Source: Eledone cirrhosa (Eukaryota). Taken from it: a stretch of DNA of 64,000 bases. Made by a program: the position numbers and the translations under genes. The stretch spans positions 3,472,001 to 3,536,000 of the forward strand of contig OZ024758.1 in the NCBI GenBank assembly GCA_964016885.1, written 5' to 3'. Below are positions 1 through 18,006 of this stretch, piece by piece. The first letter of the stretch is position 1. Each line of letters starts with the position of its first letter. The notes under the pieces are model-generated. The model did no database searches and was not told the DNA's origin. It saw only the letters and a list, made by a program, of their open reading frames with translations.

Positions 1-827
1 TTTCGGGATAATATATGTTTGTAGATAGATAAATACGTATCTTTGTTGGCTACCGGTAAGCATAACTAAGTGGTACACTTTAAACATTGCAATTAATTAA
101 ACAGACGCATTGTTCTGCTATTTTTAGGCAAGAGATTAGGACGCTGCCAAGCGAAAAACAAACTTCTTATGGAATGGCGACAGTAGGACTGCATAATATC
201 TTATACTAGCAAAAACATTTTCTAATTAATGTCTTACGTTTATAATCAAAATAAAAGACATCTTTCTAGAATGTTCTTGTCATAGATGCAATGAAATATA
301 TCTAATATGCCGTAGCCCCCAATAGACAAAACTGCCGTACAATATGGCGTCAACGAAGAGAAAAATGCAAATATTATTTTTAGCAGGGCGGAAAACCATT
401 ATATTAGATGAGTAGAAAATCATACACAATACAGTATATAGTCTTCTTATATTTTAAATAGGTTAAGGTATGCTATTTGTTTCTTTTGCAAATAATGTTA
501 TCTGACGAAATCTATGTGGCACATATGTGTCAAATTACAGCACATAGATGGCAGTGTGCATAACACAGCCACGCATACAAATAGGCAGGAAGGCATTATA
601 ATACCACATATAGACAAACAAACATACCTAGAATGTCATCCCAAATAATGGTTATTAAAAAAAGCATACGATGCATTACATTTTGTTTCAAATCGGTCCA
701 TTTAAAATTCTAAAAACAGAACATTTCGTTATCCTAAAATGACTAGTATCGCCCTCTCAATCTCTTTCTTTCTTTCTCTCCCCTCTTTCTTTCTTTCTCT
801 CCCTCTATACTTCTCTCTCTCTATATA

Positions 828-867
<40 letters not shown>

Positions 868-981
868 CCTCCCTATCTCTTTTTCTTTATTTCTCTCTCT
901 CTCTGTATTTATGTATGTATGTATATATAAATATATATGTGTATATTTATTTATGTATGATTATGTATGTATGTATGTATG

Positions 982-1042
<61 letters not shown>

Positions 1043-1061
1043 GTATATATATATATGTATG

Positions 1062-1092
<31 letters not shown>

Positions 1093-1197
1093 GTATATAT
1101 ATATATATATGTATATATATGTATATATACATATATACATGTATATTTATTTATGTATGAATATATATGCATATTTGTATGTATGTATATATGTATG

Positions 1198-1830
1198 TTC
1201 TTCTGGTTTTATAATTACACAAAGTTTTACCAATAGAGAGAGAGTCGGTTTCTAACATAGACACAAGACTCTCTCATTGGAATTTACACATCAACTAGGT
1301 AGATATGTATGTATGTCTGTATGCATGCATGTGTAGATATGGATGTTATTGTATGTGTGGATGTGTATGTTTTGAGTTGTATCTGTACATGTGTATATGC
1401 AGTTATTTAGTGCAACATTTTTGAAATGTTTTACATATTTTTACTGTTCCATTAATGGATTGTACTTGTAATTTCCGAACTAGTTGTGCTCTTTCTGTTC
1501 CTGTGAAGCCAAGCTTCTCAAGATTTGTATTGAGGCAGTTACTAACATATCCCACTGCCCCAATAATCACAGGCATAAATCTGAAGGTGTAATCAGGTTG
1601 GAGTATCTGCAGATTTCTCATCAGTTCTGCATAAATATTCTCCTTTTCACTAATCTTAGATATAATATTGGCATCTGCTGGGCAGCTAATTTCCACTACT
1701 GTGCTTCTTTTCTTCTCCCTGTCCCATATCATAATATCTGGTCTGTTATGCCAGCATTTTATTGGGGTTTTTACAGGAACATTCCACCAGTACTCTTTCA
1801 TATTATGTACATGGATGTCTTCCACATTGT
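1198..1830 (-). mobile_element. 5'-truncated non-LTR retrotransposon with restriction-like endonuclease (R4/Dong-like): ORF C-terminus plus probable 3' UTR, inserted in (CATA)/(TA) microsatellite
   Basis: ORF 1403..1993(-) contains WWNVPVKT..HNRPDIMIWDREKKRSTVVEISCPAD..KENIYAEL..PVIIGAVG, the RPD..E..K..Y RLE motif. Stop at 1403. The N-terminal part of that ORF is microsatellite. Confidence 0.85.
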
Positions 1831-2244
1831 TGTATGTATGTATATATATATATATGCATGTATGTAGATGTATGTATGTATATATAAGTATATATATATT
1901 TATGTAAATATGTGAGTGTGTATGTGAGTGTGTATGCTTGCCTGTATATGTGTACAGTTTCCAGTGTGTGTATATATATGCATACAAAGACATAATTATA
2001 GTTAAATATTTAGATGAGGAAAGCGAATCTCAAAGAGAAAGAAATATGTATAAAGATGGACATGATGAGGCGGTGTTTGTAGAAAACTATGTTGGCTTGG
2101 ATAAAATGTTCGTAATAATTAAAGTAATAATGTAATGATATGAATATCTCTTTCCCTTTGTACACACACGCACACACACACACACACACACATACACACG
2201 CACGCACGCACGCACGCACGCATGCATGCATATATATATATATA

Positions 2245-2338
2245 CAGGCAGTCCCCAAATATTAATTACACAATATTGCTTGTACATGTGATCAAATACA
2301 TCTGATCAAAGTTTCCATACATTTTTGGCAAGACCCTG
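2245..2338. mobile_element. possible tiny Tc1/mariner-type MITE relic
   Basis: TA|CAGGCAGTCCCCAAA ... TTTGGCAAGACCCTG|TA: imperfect inverted ends flanked by TA. Confidence 0.3.
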
Positions 2339-3470
2339 TATATATATGTATATAAATATATGTATATATATATATATATATATATACGTATAGATATAGA
2401 TATGTATATATATATATACGTATAGATATGTATATATATATATACGTATAGATATGTATATATATATATACGTATAGATATGTATATATATATATACGTA
2501 TAGATATGTATATATATATATACGTATAGATATGTATATATATATATACGTATAGATATGTATATATATATATACGTATAGATATGTATATATATATATA
2601 CGTATAGATATGTATATATATATATATACGTATAGATATGTATATATATATATACGTATAGATATGTATATATATATATACGTATAGATATGTATATATA
2701 TATATACGTATAGATATGTATATATATATATATACGTATAGATATGTATATATATATATATACGTATAGATATGTATATATATATATACGTATAGATATG
2801 TATATATATATATATACGTATAGATATGTATATATATATATACGTATAGATATGTATATATATATATACGTATAGATATGTATATATATATATATACGTA
2901 TAGATATGTATATATATATATATATACGTATAGATATGTATATATATATATATATACGTATAGATATGTATATATATATATATATACGTATAGATATGTA
3001 TATATATATATATATACGTATAGATATGTATATATATATATATATACGTATAGATATGTATATATATATATATACGTATAGATATGTATATATATATATA
3101 TACGTATAGATATGTATATATATATATATACGTATAGATATGTATATATATATATATACGTATAGATATGTATATATATATATATACGTATAGATATGTA
3201 TATATATATATATACGTATAGATATGTATATATATATATATACGTATAGATATGTATATATATATATATACGTATAGATATGTATATATATATATATACG
3301 TATAGATATGTATATATATATATATACGTATAGATATGTATATATATATATATACGTATAGATATGTATATATATATATATATACGTATAGATATGTATA
3401 TATATATATATACGTATAGATATGTATATATATATATATACGTATAGATATGTATAAATATATACATACA
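2339..3470. repeat. minisatellite, unit CGTATAGATATG+(TA)n
   Basis: Invariant 12-nt core repeated about 40 times with variable TA spacer. Confidence 0.97.
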
Positions 3471-5490
3471 TACATGCGTTACCAATTTAATTGCCAACAC
3501 GTGAGATAATATTCCCTCTATATTTCAATACATCTTGTTTTCGACATACTATTTACGTTGCCGCTTGTCATCACTTGATGTAAAATTATTTAATTTACTA
3601 CATATCAGCTACGACTTTATTCAATCAGCGCGGAACGTGGGTTATTCATCGCCTGATGGGGTTAAATATTTTATTCCCAGTAAATCGATGCAAGATGATG
3701 AGTATTTCGAATATCAGTCATTTATTCCACTTGTCTAACGCGTTATATTAAACTGTTTGGCACAACATAAGCACAATAATGTGTTCGTAGTTTGAAGTTC
3801 TATCACAGAGGAACACTTTAAAATGCTATGGTGTATTAATAGCCGCAGTAGCAAGAGCCAAATTGGAAAATCATTTTGGCAAGTGATTCTGATGAATCCA
3901 AATAGAGTTGATATGATTCTACCGTGCCAGTTGAATTTAAGATGGTAATTAAATGACGTGCCTCAGTCGAGCAGAACCATTTTAACGGAAAATAGAAGAA
4001 AATCATAATATTGCTTATCGCGTGACAACGGAAATCCTATTTGCAGTTTCTAAAGTGAATAATTATTATTTTTGTATCTCTAAAATAAATATGTTCAACA
4101 CCGACCCAAGGCCACTCAACCGATTTGAATTAGCACACAAATATATCTTCATTTCATTCTAATTTCTTGATAAATAAAAATAAATTTGATAATATAATTT
4201 AAACAATCTTTATATAATCATAGCACAATAATAGACATTTTCAGGGTTAACATGAAACTAAAGATATACAATTCATATTTAATAATATATAATTTATTGT
4301 ATGTGAAGCGAGCAAGTTTATCCTTTCATGATTAAATTTGTTTACAAAAGAAAATCACTACTTTATAATATATTTGAAAAGTACAATGATTCAATATTTA
4401 GAGATAAATCGTGCATGGCTCATTTAAACTCCACGTTGACAAAGAATTGTTGTATATTATATAAATATTATAGCTCACTTGATATATCACAGATGAGAAA
4501 ACATATTTTTAAAATATGCATATATGTATGTATGTATGTAACTATATTAGTTTATGTGCAACTATATATGAATGTGTAAATTATTGTGTAATATGTGTGT
4601 GGATATCAACAGGGATCTATTGGATGAATATGTGTGTGGTTCTACTTGTTTGACTTAAATCCATATACATGTACGTTACACGGCACTCTCAATGTTTTCC
4701 GTATTAAAATCTTTTCATGATTGTGACTAAAATTGTAAGCATTGTGAATACATGGATTGAATATGATTGTCAGTATTGGTTTTTCTCTTCTTATTCTAGT
4801 TACCTGAAGGCGTTAGTATCTTGTTCTTCTTACTACCTAGAGGGATTGAATCCGCCTTTCTTCTATAAACTTCTCTGACAGACATCAATAGACTGAAATC
4901 CACTTAATATTTACTGCATTATGGGCAATGCCTCGTGCAGATAAAATCCGCCTTGTGACTAGCGGTGGTCAATATTGAAGTAGCAATTGATCCGGTAAAC
5001 CACTATAAAAGTTACAGGAAAGCTTTGCACTTTACTTTATGAACAAATAGCATAAATACTATGAAGTTGCGTTATAGGAAACATTACATTATGGAGATTA
5101 TAGCCCCCATTATAACTCACCCCACACCTCATACATGCTATCTTCTATATTACTAAAGTTAAGATAAGAAAGGCGCTTTTACCATTTGGCTCTTACAAAT
5201 TACATTTAGTTATATGAATAAGTGATGGCGCATCCTTTACAAGCGGCACCGAATATTCACCAATGGAAAAGAGGTTGTAGTGCAATCATACATCACAAAG
5301 ATATTATCAACACACAGAAACATTATGTCACCTCACGTGCTTGCACGCTCCCGTGTGCATATAATATTCTCATTACATAGAATGTGCATGCATGCAAATA
5401 AAGATACGCGCATGCATAATATCACACACTCCTATATATATGGGTATGCACATCTATGTTCATGACTGTATGTGTAAGCGTGTGAATATT

Positions 5491-5538
<48 letters not shown>

Positions 5539-5957
5539 AATTCATACGGGAATATATATATATATATATATATATCGGCGCACCTGCAATAATATATGAG
5601 GAATCATATATAACCATGTATGTTTATGGGAATATATACACGATCATGTGTGTGTAAAGGGGTTATCTTTAATGGATGTACATCTAATCCATATTCCATT
5701 ACAAAAAATAAGATTTTATACTTAAGGTAGCAAATTGGTTAATGTGAAACATGTAGTTCGATGCTTCACCGTTCATTGATCACACAACCAATCGATTTCA
5801 TGTATTAAACATAGAGCTGTGATTTCAAACATTTATATGTTTATATATGTTTGTTAGCCGTAAACTTCACACAGATACTTACATACGTGCATATATTTAT
5901 ACACATAAACACACACATACACACATACACACATACATACATACATACATACATACA

Positions 5958-5989
<32 letters not shown>

Positions 5990-6064
5990 CTCGTATATAT
6001 ATATTCACACACATATTTATTCATATAAGTAAACATATATATGTATATATGTACACGTATGTAT

Positions 6065-6184
<120 letters not shown>

Positions 6185-6213
6185 CTAGATATGGTTTTGT
6201 TTATGTATGTCCG

Positions 6214-6250
<37 letters not shown>

Positions 6251-6847
6251 TGCTGTAGTAGTGAACCATCAGTCACTGTCTAAAGTTATTCGTATATACT
6301 TATGAAATATCTCTCCACAATATTGAACCTTAAATGTTGCAGATTCCGATGGTTTTATTATTTATGTTATCATAGGAGTTTCTAACTCCCGCCATAATAT
6401 AGAATGTGTTTACTGTGACGTGTAGATTGAATTCAGCTTATTTTATAGGTTTTGTATTTATGGTCTTGTTTGTTTTCTACTCCTGAAAATGTTTACGCAT
6501 GTGTCTATGTTGTTGTTCTTTTTTATATTTATATAAATGTTAATTTTACATATCATTGTTTCAATAATGTTAGGTTATGTAGTGTACATTGATGTGGAAT
6601 GTCTGTGTGTGTGTGGTACGTTTGATGTACAGAGTTTGCGTGTGTGGTTATTGATGTGGAAGGTTTACTGTGTGTGGTGCATTGATGTGGAAAATGTATG
6701 TATAGTTCATTAATGTGGAAAGTCTGTGTGCGTGATACATATTAATGTAGAAAGTGTGTGTGTGGGGGGGGGGGGCATTGATGTGGGAAGTGTGTGTGGG
6801 TGGTCATTGTTGTGGAAATTCTGTGTGTCTGGTTCATAGATGTAGAA

Positions 6848-6883
<36 letters not shown>

Positions 6884-8679
6884 GTACATTGACGTGGAAA
6901 GTTTGTGTGTTATACATGAATGTAGAGAGTTTCTGTGTGTGTGGTATATTGATGTTGAGAAGCTGTGGATTTGCATGTCTTATGATTGAATGTGTGTGTT
7001 TGTGTGTGTGTCTCTGTGTGTGTGCGTAACAAAGAGGGAATAGATAATTGGAAATAAAACGTAAAAACAGAGAGTAAGATGAATTCAATTGATGTGTATT
7101 AATCGAATACACATTCTGATAAAAGAATGTATACTAAGATAAATTGATGAATCCAGGTTCTAATGAATCCAGGTTCTAACATCTTAGTATTCAAGTGATA
7201 TTCGTAAACAATAAGTTTATTGAGAGAATATGATTGGATAAAGTATGTGCTTTGGGGACAAACACCTGTCTGAGTTTGTAGTTCAACATGTGTATTGTTG
7301 TTAGAAAGGATAACGAGAAACGTTACGTATTCACATAAAACCGAGTTTAACCTAGTTTAAACTTCTACAGTTCTAAACATTCTTAAGCTGATTCATTTCT
7401 AACAAAATATTTATAGAAAATAAAGAAAATATCGAATGTCTCGCAATGGAAAGAAAATAAAAATTGTAATTCGTGACATAGACATTAATTTGAGGGGGAA
7501 TAATGATTGTGGTTACCACTGGTGGTACTAACAACCCTGTCGTAATTTCCACAATCAAACAGGTGGTCTAATCCCACGCCAAGGTAAGCCCAGACACACA
7601 CATACACACATACACACATACACACATACACACACACACATACACACATACACACATACACACATACACATACACACACACACATATACACACATATACA
7701 CACACATACACACACACACATACGTACACACACACATATATATATCTATATAGTGTTACAAAAGGGAACACACTCAAGAGATATACATGTTCCCTTCATC
7801 ATTTGTCTACTACTGGTCACAAATGTTTCAGTGCATTATGGAAAATACATCTAGCTGTAGCACGCCCATAGTTTTTATCAACAAGTTATGAGAGCAAGAA
7901 AAGACGAAAAGGAGGCGATAGCGGACGTTATCAGTAACCACGCAGCATCGTCCCTCTCAATACATATATATATATAGAGATAGATATAGATATATAGAGA
8001 TATAGAGATATGAGTGTTTGTGTTTTGTATGTGATCAAATATATGTTCGTTTTAAACACATGCTGAGGTATGTACAACTCATGATTTCTGCATGTCTATG
8101 AATAGATGTCGCATGGAGGTGATTTAACCATTTATGATCTTTTAGGAAGACATATTTTGGGAAAATACGTATTAATGAAGCGACCCCATTAGCATGTTTA
8201 GCGACTCAATTACCATCACAAATATAAAATATATTAGTAAAGAACTACATCATTATCATTAGTCGTTCACATATATGATCATTTATTAAAAAAATTCACT
8301 TTTGTAACTAATGGCATATATATCCGTCACTTCACCTTCTTGAATCCTCCATAGAACTGACCATTTTCAATTACATTAAGTGTAATATTAGGGGTCTCGT
8401 GGGCATTTTGCTTTGAGTTTCTATAACCACATTGATTTTCGTTGAACAGTCATAATGAAGGCTGCTGTTTAATGGGAGCAACACATCAGTGTGGCAATTC
8501 TAATATACAAATCAAAATATCTTTACGCAATCATTTAGAAAGCCCAACGTGTTCAAATCTACTGCCTATGTTCTCCTATTTATTTTTTTTTCTTCTATGC
8601 TAAATGCCTTACCGCCCAATGTCTAAACCCCCCCCCCCCTACACACACCACCACTATCACCATATACTCACACAATTAT

Positions 8680-9626
8680 ATACACACACACACACACATA
8701 TATATACATACATACAAACATATATATATATATACACATATATTTATGTATATATATATTTGTTTGTATATATATTTGTATGTATATACATTTGTATATA
8801 TATATATGTATATGCTTATATACATATATTTATATATATGTATACGTATGTATATATATGCATATGTATGTATATATATATGCATATGTATGTATATATA
8901 TATGCATATCTATGTGTATATATATGTATGTATATATATATATGTATGTATATGTATGTATATATATATATGTATGTATATGTATATGTATGTATATATA
9001 TATATGTATGTATATGTATGTATATGTATATATATGTATATATATGTATATATATATGTATATATATGTATATATATATGTATATATATGTATATATATA
9101 TGTATGTATATGTATATGTATATATATATGTATATATATATGTATGTATATGTATATGTACATACATATGTATATGTATTTGTATGTATATATATGTGTG
9201 TGTGTGTATGTATGTATGTATGTATGTATGATTGTATGTATATGTGTGTATGTATATGTGTATGTATGTATATATATGTGTGTATGTGTATGTATATGGA
9301 TGTATATATGTATGTATGTATATATATATGTATGTATATATGTATGTATGTATGTATGTATATATATATGTATGTATATATGTATGTATGTATGTATGTA
9401 TGTGTATAGATATATATGTATATATGTATATATGTATGTATGTATATATGTATGTATGTGTATATATATGTGTATGTATGTATGTATGCATGTATATATA
9501 TACATACATATATATGTATGTATTTGTATGTATGTATGTATGTATGTATATATATATATATATATATATACATACATATATGTACATATATATGTATGTA
9601 TTTATATGTATGTGTATGTATGTATG

Positions 9627-9659
<33 letters not shown>

Positions 9660-9727
9660 TACATACATATATGTACATATATATGTATGTATTTATATGT
9701 ATGTGTATACATGTATGTGTATGTATG

Positions 9728-9766
<39 letters not shown>

Positions 9767-9845
9767 ATACATACATATATATGTACATATATGTATGTGT
9801 ATACATGTATGTGTATGTATGTATGTATGTATATATATATATATG
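8680..9845. repeat. compound (TA)n/(TATG)n array
   Basis: Direct reading. Confidence 0.95.
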
Positions 9846-9930
9846 GAAAGTTATATTTAAATTGTTGTGTTACAACTAGTAAATATTTATAACTGATATA
9901 AAAGCACTCGACAAATATTTGGAGTATATT

Positions 9931-10228
9931 TACAATATTAAATAAATGGAAACTATATTTATAAAACCATATTTATTTCATTATATATATTTCAGGGATA
10001 ACATATTAACAGTTTTATAGATAAATAGATTCGACATACCGTAACAACATCTACTTGCATTTCTCAAATGCAAGTAGATGTTGTTACGGTATGTCGAATC
10101 TATTTATCTATAAAACTGTTTATATTGTATTTTGTCTGAGGAAGGCATAGCATATTGTTAATGTTATCCCTGAAATATATATAATGAAATAAATATGGTT
10201 TTATAAATATAGTTTCCATTTATTTAAT

Positions 10229-10234
<6 letters not shown>
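9931..10234. repeat. long fold-back inverted repeat (Penelope-like pLTR relic)
   Basis: 9931-10004 pairs with 10161-10234; 10008-10062 pairs with 10066-10120 (loop CTC). Confidence 0.92.
10128..10191 (+). ncRNA. minimal type-I hammerhead ribozyme (Penelope-type)
   Basis: UAUUUUGU-CUGAGGA-AGGCAUAGCAU-auuguua-AUGUUAUCCCU-GAAA-UAUAUA-UA-AUGAAAUA: stems I and II pair, core intact. Confidence 0.75.
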
Positions 10235-10270
<36 letters not shown>

Positions 10271-10497
10271 TATATATGTATGTATATGTATGTGTATATA
10301 TATATGTATATATATAAACATATATGTACATATATATGTATGTATTTATATGTATGTGTATATATATATATGTATATATATACATATATGTACATATATA
10401 TGTATGTATTTATATGTATGTGTATATGTATGTATTTATATGTATGTGTGTATATATATATACATTATATATATATGTATATGTATATATATATATA

Positions 10498-10622
10498 GAG
10501 AAAGGATAAAAAGGACGATTGATTATTCCTTCATTGCATTTGATAGGTGACGCGCGTTTCGCCACTGATCAGCTCAAGGTTCGATCTATATCGATCTTAC
10601 CCGACTCAATAATCCGCAGCTC
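10498..10622 (-). mobile_element. PLE-like tail fragment with 3' half of hammerhead (GAAACGCGCGUC)
   Basis: Homologous to 28140-28245; lies between (TA)n tracts. Confidence 0.55.
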
Positions 10623-11123
10623 ATATATATATATATATATATGTACACATATATATACATATATATATATATGTATATGTATGTGTATATACACGTGTAT
10701 TTTTTGTTAGTCTGAGTAACTGTGTGTGCTTCTGTGTAAATATCTAGCTGTCTATATAACTGCGTGGGTCTGTGTATACAATTTTCTACCTACTTATTTT
10801 CTTCTTTTGTTTACATTTGTTCATATTGCATACTTCTCCAATTTTTACTGCTCACGTTGAATACTCTTGGCCTTGCCACATTGAAATATTTAACCAAGTG
10901 TAATATGGAACCTGTTAACGGAAGTACATCGTGATGAGAGTTTGACCTTGGTTTCGTGACATTTATCAGATCTCGATAAAAGTTAAAATTTACGTCAAAA
11001 GTAGTGAGACAGAACGATGATTACCGCTGTATAACTTTATGATTCAACGCACAAAACAGAAAGCTATTAATTCGTTTCAACGGCAGATCATTTGTATTAA
11101 GATTAAAATTACATGCACTGTGT

Positions 11124-11381
11124 AAAATATATTGCCAGAGTCTGAGTATATGTGAAACATGGTGTAACTATATCAAAACCTCAATACGTATATATACACC
11201 TATATACATGACTATATATAGAGATACACACACACATATACACACACGCACACGCACACGCACACACACACACGTGTGTGTCTATATATATAGTCATGTA
11301 TATAGGTGTATATATACTTATTGAGGTTTTGATATAGTTACAGCATGTTTCCCATATACACAGACTCTGGCAATATATTTT
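11124..11381. repeat. inverted repeat, about 100-bp arms around a (CA)n spacer
   Basis: AAAATATATTGCCAGAGTCTG...CATGACTATATATA versus TATATATAGTCATG...CAGACTCTGGCAATATATTTT. Confidence 0.92.
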
Positions 11382-11399
11382 ATATATATATATGTAAAT

Positions 11400-11586
11400 A
11401 TCTATCTATCTAAGGCGGGTAAAATTCCCGAGATCCATGGACGAGTTCTCTCCAGCGGTCCCTGTCCCTCATTATCGCTGCCATGTCTTGTGTCTCCAAC
11501 AGTCCAGTGTCTGTCATTAGGATATCAACATACGTTAACCTTGGTCTTCCTCTTCTAGTGTGTCCATGTAGGGGCTCCCAAAGGAG

Positions 11587-11588
<2 letters not shown>
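11400..11588 (-). mobile_element. RTE-clade LINE 3' end
   Basis: [45 protein letters not shown] then stop and (TAGA)n tail. Confidence 0.85.
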
Positions 11589-11627
<39 letters not shown>

Positions 11628-11725
11628 ATATATATATATATATATGTAAATATATATATATATTTCGTTTCTGAATTTGTTTAGCAAGATTCTTTATCTG
11701 AAAACGTGTGTTGAAACCGATATTT

Positions 11726-11800
11726 TTATACTTTGGGAGGGTCATGTTGCCAATAAGTGTGTTTCTTATTGGCAACATGACCCTCCCAAAGTATAACAAT
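11726..11800 (+). mobile_element. PLE-like 3' tail with 32-bp fold-back
   Basis: TTATACTTTGGGAGGGTCATGTTGCCAATAAG-tgtgttt-CTTATTGGCAACATGACCCTCCCAAAGTATAA; same sequence as the end of the element at 50587. Confidence 0.8.
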
Positions 11801-15595
<3,795 letters not shown>

Positions 15596-15681
15596 AGTTT
15601 TAGAAGATCCCTTTAAAGCAGCGATTCTTTGCTTAATCTTTAATCTGTTATTTTAATACAGGTAATCAAGTATTATACATA

Positions 15682-15727
<46 letters not shown>

Positions 15728-15753
15728 GTATATATATATATATATACGTATAT

Positions 15754-15925
15754 TCTTTAGGCACAAGGCTAGCAATTACTGCCGTGCATTACATATACTT
15801 TATTTTATCGACCACGTAAGGATGGAAGGCAAAGCTAACCTCAGCGGGATTTGAACCCAGAACGTAAATGTCCGTAACTCTATATTACAAAACATGGTGA
15901 CCGACACTCTATCGAGACTTCCAAT
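15754..15925 (-). mobile_element. tRNA-derived SINE family A, degenerate
   Basis: Matches the family seen at 33394 and 57685. Confidence 0.85.
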
Positions 15926-16530
15926 GCATGTGTAACAGTAATGGTAATAACCGTATATATTCCTAAATATATATAGTAGCGTGGTACTAGTTTGTCTTCG
16001 CATATGTCTGATTTCATTTAGCCTTGTCGACTTGATGCCATGGATTAAAGCAGAAACAAAGAATAAAAAAACCTTCTCATAGAGGGGCTGAAAAATGTTC
16101 ATAATGATATGGACTTGATATCCGTTAAAATGCATTAATTTTCATGCTACGTTTGTCTTTTAGTAATTTCATAACGGTTGTCAAATCTACAATACTATGC
16201 AAAATACTTCAATTTTACGTGAGCTAATAATTATTTTCAATATAGCTGGGAGCAGAATTTACTCAGCCTCTCAAAATGGAAATGTGTGTTATACTCTGTA
16301 GTAAATAAGGAATTATCGACAGTGTTTCATACGAAATATAATAATATATAACACACAAGGTATTATATGCTTGTCTTACACACGAACAAATAAGTGTCTG
16401 TGTATGTATGTATGTGTGTGTGAGTGCAGGCGTAAGTGTGTGCATGTACATATGCATACAAACATCTTTCTCATTCACTCAATCTATATGTGTGTGTGCA
16501 TAAATATATACATGTATTTATGTATGTATG

Positions 16531-16593
<63 letters not shown>

Positions 16594-17323
16594 TTGTGTC
16601 TGTATATATATGTGTGTGTATGTATGTATGTATGTATGTATATATATGTGTGTGTGTGTGTATATATATGTGTGTGTGTGTGTGTGTGTCTGTATATGTG
16701 TGTGTATATTTATATATATATATATGTATATGTGTGTGTGTGTGTGTATGTAAACGTTGGGAAATATATTCAAATTTAGTCTGATAACTATATTGCTCGT
16801 AGAATACTGTCTCCTATTCTGTTTTGAATGTCAGTTTTTTAGTAGGTTTGCATTAAATTTCACACACGCACACATACACACACACATATACACACATATT
16901 TATGTATATATATGCTTATTTGGCAATTCTATAAATTGTGCCTAGACAAAATAAAATTATATTATATATGACTTGTTTTATTTTCGTTAATATATTACAT
17001 ACACATGCGAAGAAATTGTCTTGAATTTACTGTTTGTCACCGCAAATAAATCATTTAGAAATTACTAAATAAAGAAACTTTAATCGGAATATATCAAGCA
17101 TGTGTAAACTAGTTTTAAAGTTAGATATTTTAAATTGATTGATGTTATTGTTCAGCGCTAACTCAGCGGTTATAAGCCAACATATCTTTAAAGTCTATCC
17201 ACTCATGAGTAATCAACAATTTTTTAAAAGAGAGACATTTGTTTTCAGGTTTCAAAACTGGATGGTAATACATCAGCAGCGACATACCCCAATTATATCA
17301 TAACTATACCTACGATTGCGTAG

Positions 17324-17374
17324 GCATCTGATGATACTACATGCATAAAGTTCTAACAGAAATATATGTCATGC
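17324..17374 (+). ncRNA. degenerate minimal hammerhead
   Basis: GCAU-CUGAUGA-(24 nt, stem II decayed)-GAAA-UAUAUG-UC-AUGC. Confidence 0.5.
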
Positions 17375-17426
17375 AATATCGCAAATAGGGTGAAATAACC
17401 CCAGCTTTTCTTCTATTATTTTATAA

Positions 17427-17503
17427 ATGAACGGCGATCGTGACCTTTGGCGAGCACTTAGTGCTCGATGCGCCGAACGGCGTGGAAGAATCTAAGACTA
17501 AGA
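17427..17503 (+). mobile_element. RTE-like LINE extreme 3' end
   Basis: DRDLWRALSARCAERRGRI* followed by a CTAAGACTAAGA tail. Confidence 0.6.
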
Positions 17504-17676
17504 TATATATATATATAAAGAGAGAGAGGAAGAGAGAGATTGAACTGGGCACGATGTTAATTTGAAGCACACCACTAAAGATCTCACTTAAAATCAATAC
17601 CTTCCTCAAACAAAGTCCCGTGGTGTATATATATACATACGTTAATATGAAATAAAACTGTCATTGTTTTATTTAG

Positions 17677-17790
17677 TGAAGGCGTGTGGCTTATTTTTTA
17701 GAGAACTTGATTCCCGATCGTGAGGTTGTGAGTTCCTCTAACGGCCGATGCGTTATGTCCTTGAGCAAGACACTTTATTTCACATTGCTC
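17677..17790 (+). mobile_element. tRNA-derived SINE family B, head and body
   Basis: GGCGTGTGGCTTA head, TGTCCTTGAGCAAGACACTTTATTTCACATTGCTCC body; homologous to 20395-20525(-). Confidence 0.7.
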
Positions 17791-18006
17791 CTTCTACCTG
17801 GAGTTGCGACCGATAGATAGTATTAGCAATTGGAAAGACCAACGGAAAACTTTTTTCCTCGGTCCGATTTGATGAAAGTCGATCGGCAAATGTTTTGTTA
17901 TTTAACTCTATATATACACATTTACGCACACGCATACATACACACACACATGCACACACACACACTCACTCACTCACACTCACACACATATATATATATA
18001 TATATA

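Noticed and set aside
2339-3470. CRISPR-like repeat-spacer look
   Set aside because: Spacers are just (TA)n, there are no cas genes, and the context is eukaryotic.
17085-17130. TSFKVRY resembling the PLE GIY-YIG region upstream of the 17324 hammerhead
   Set aside because: Needs a frameshift and a stop read-through; suggestive only.
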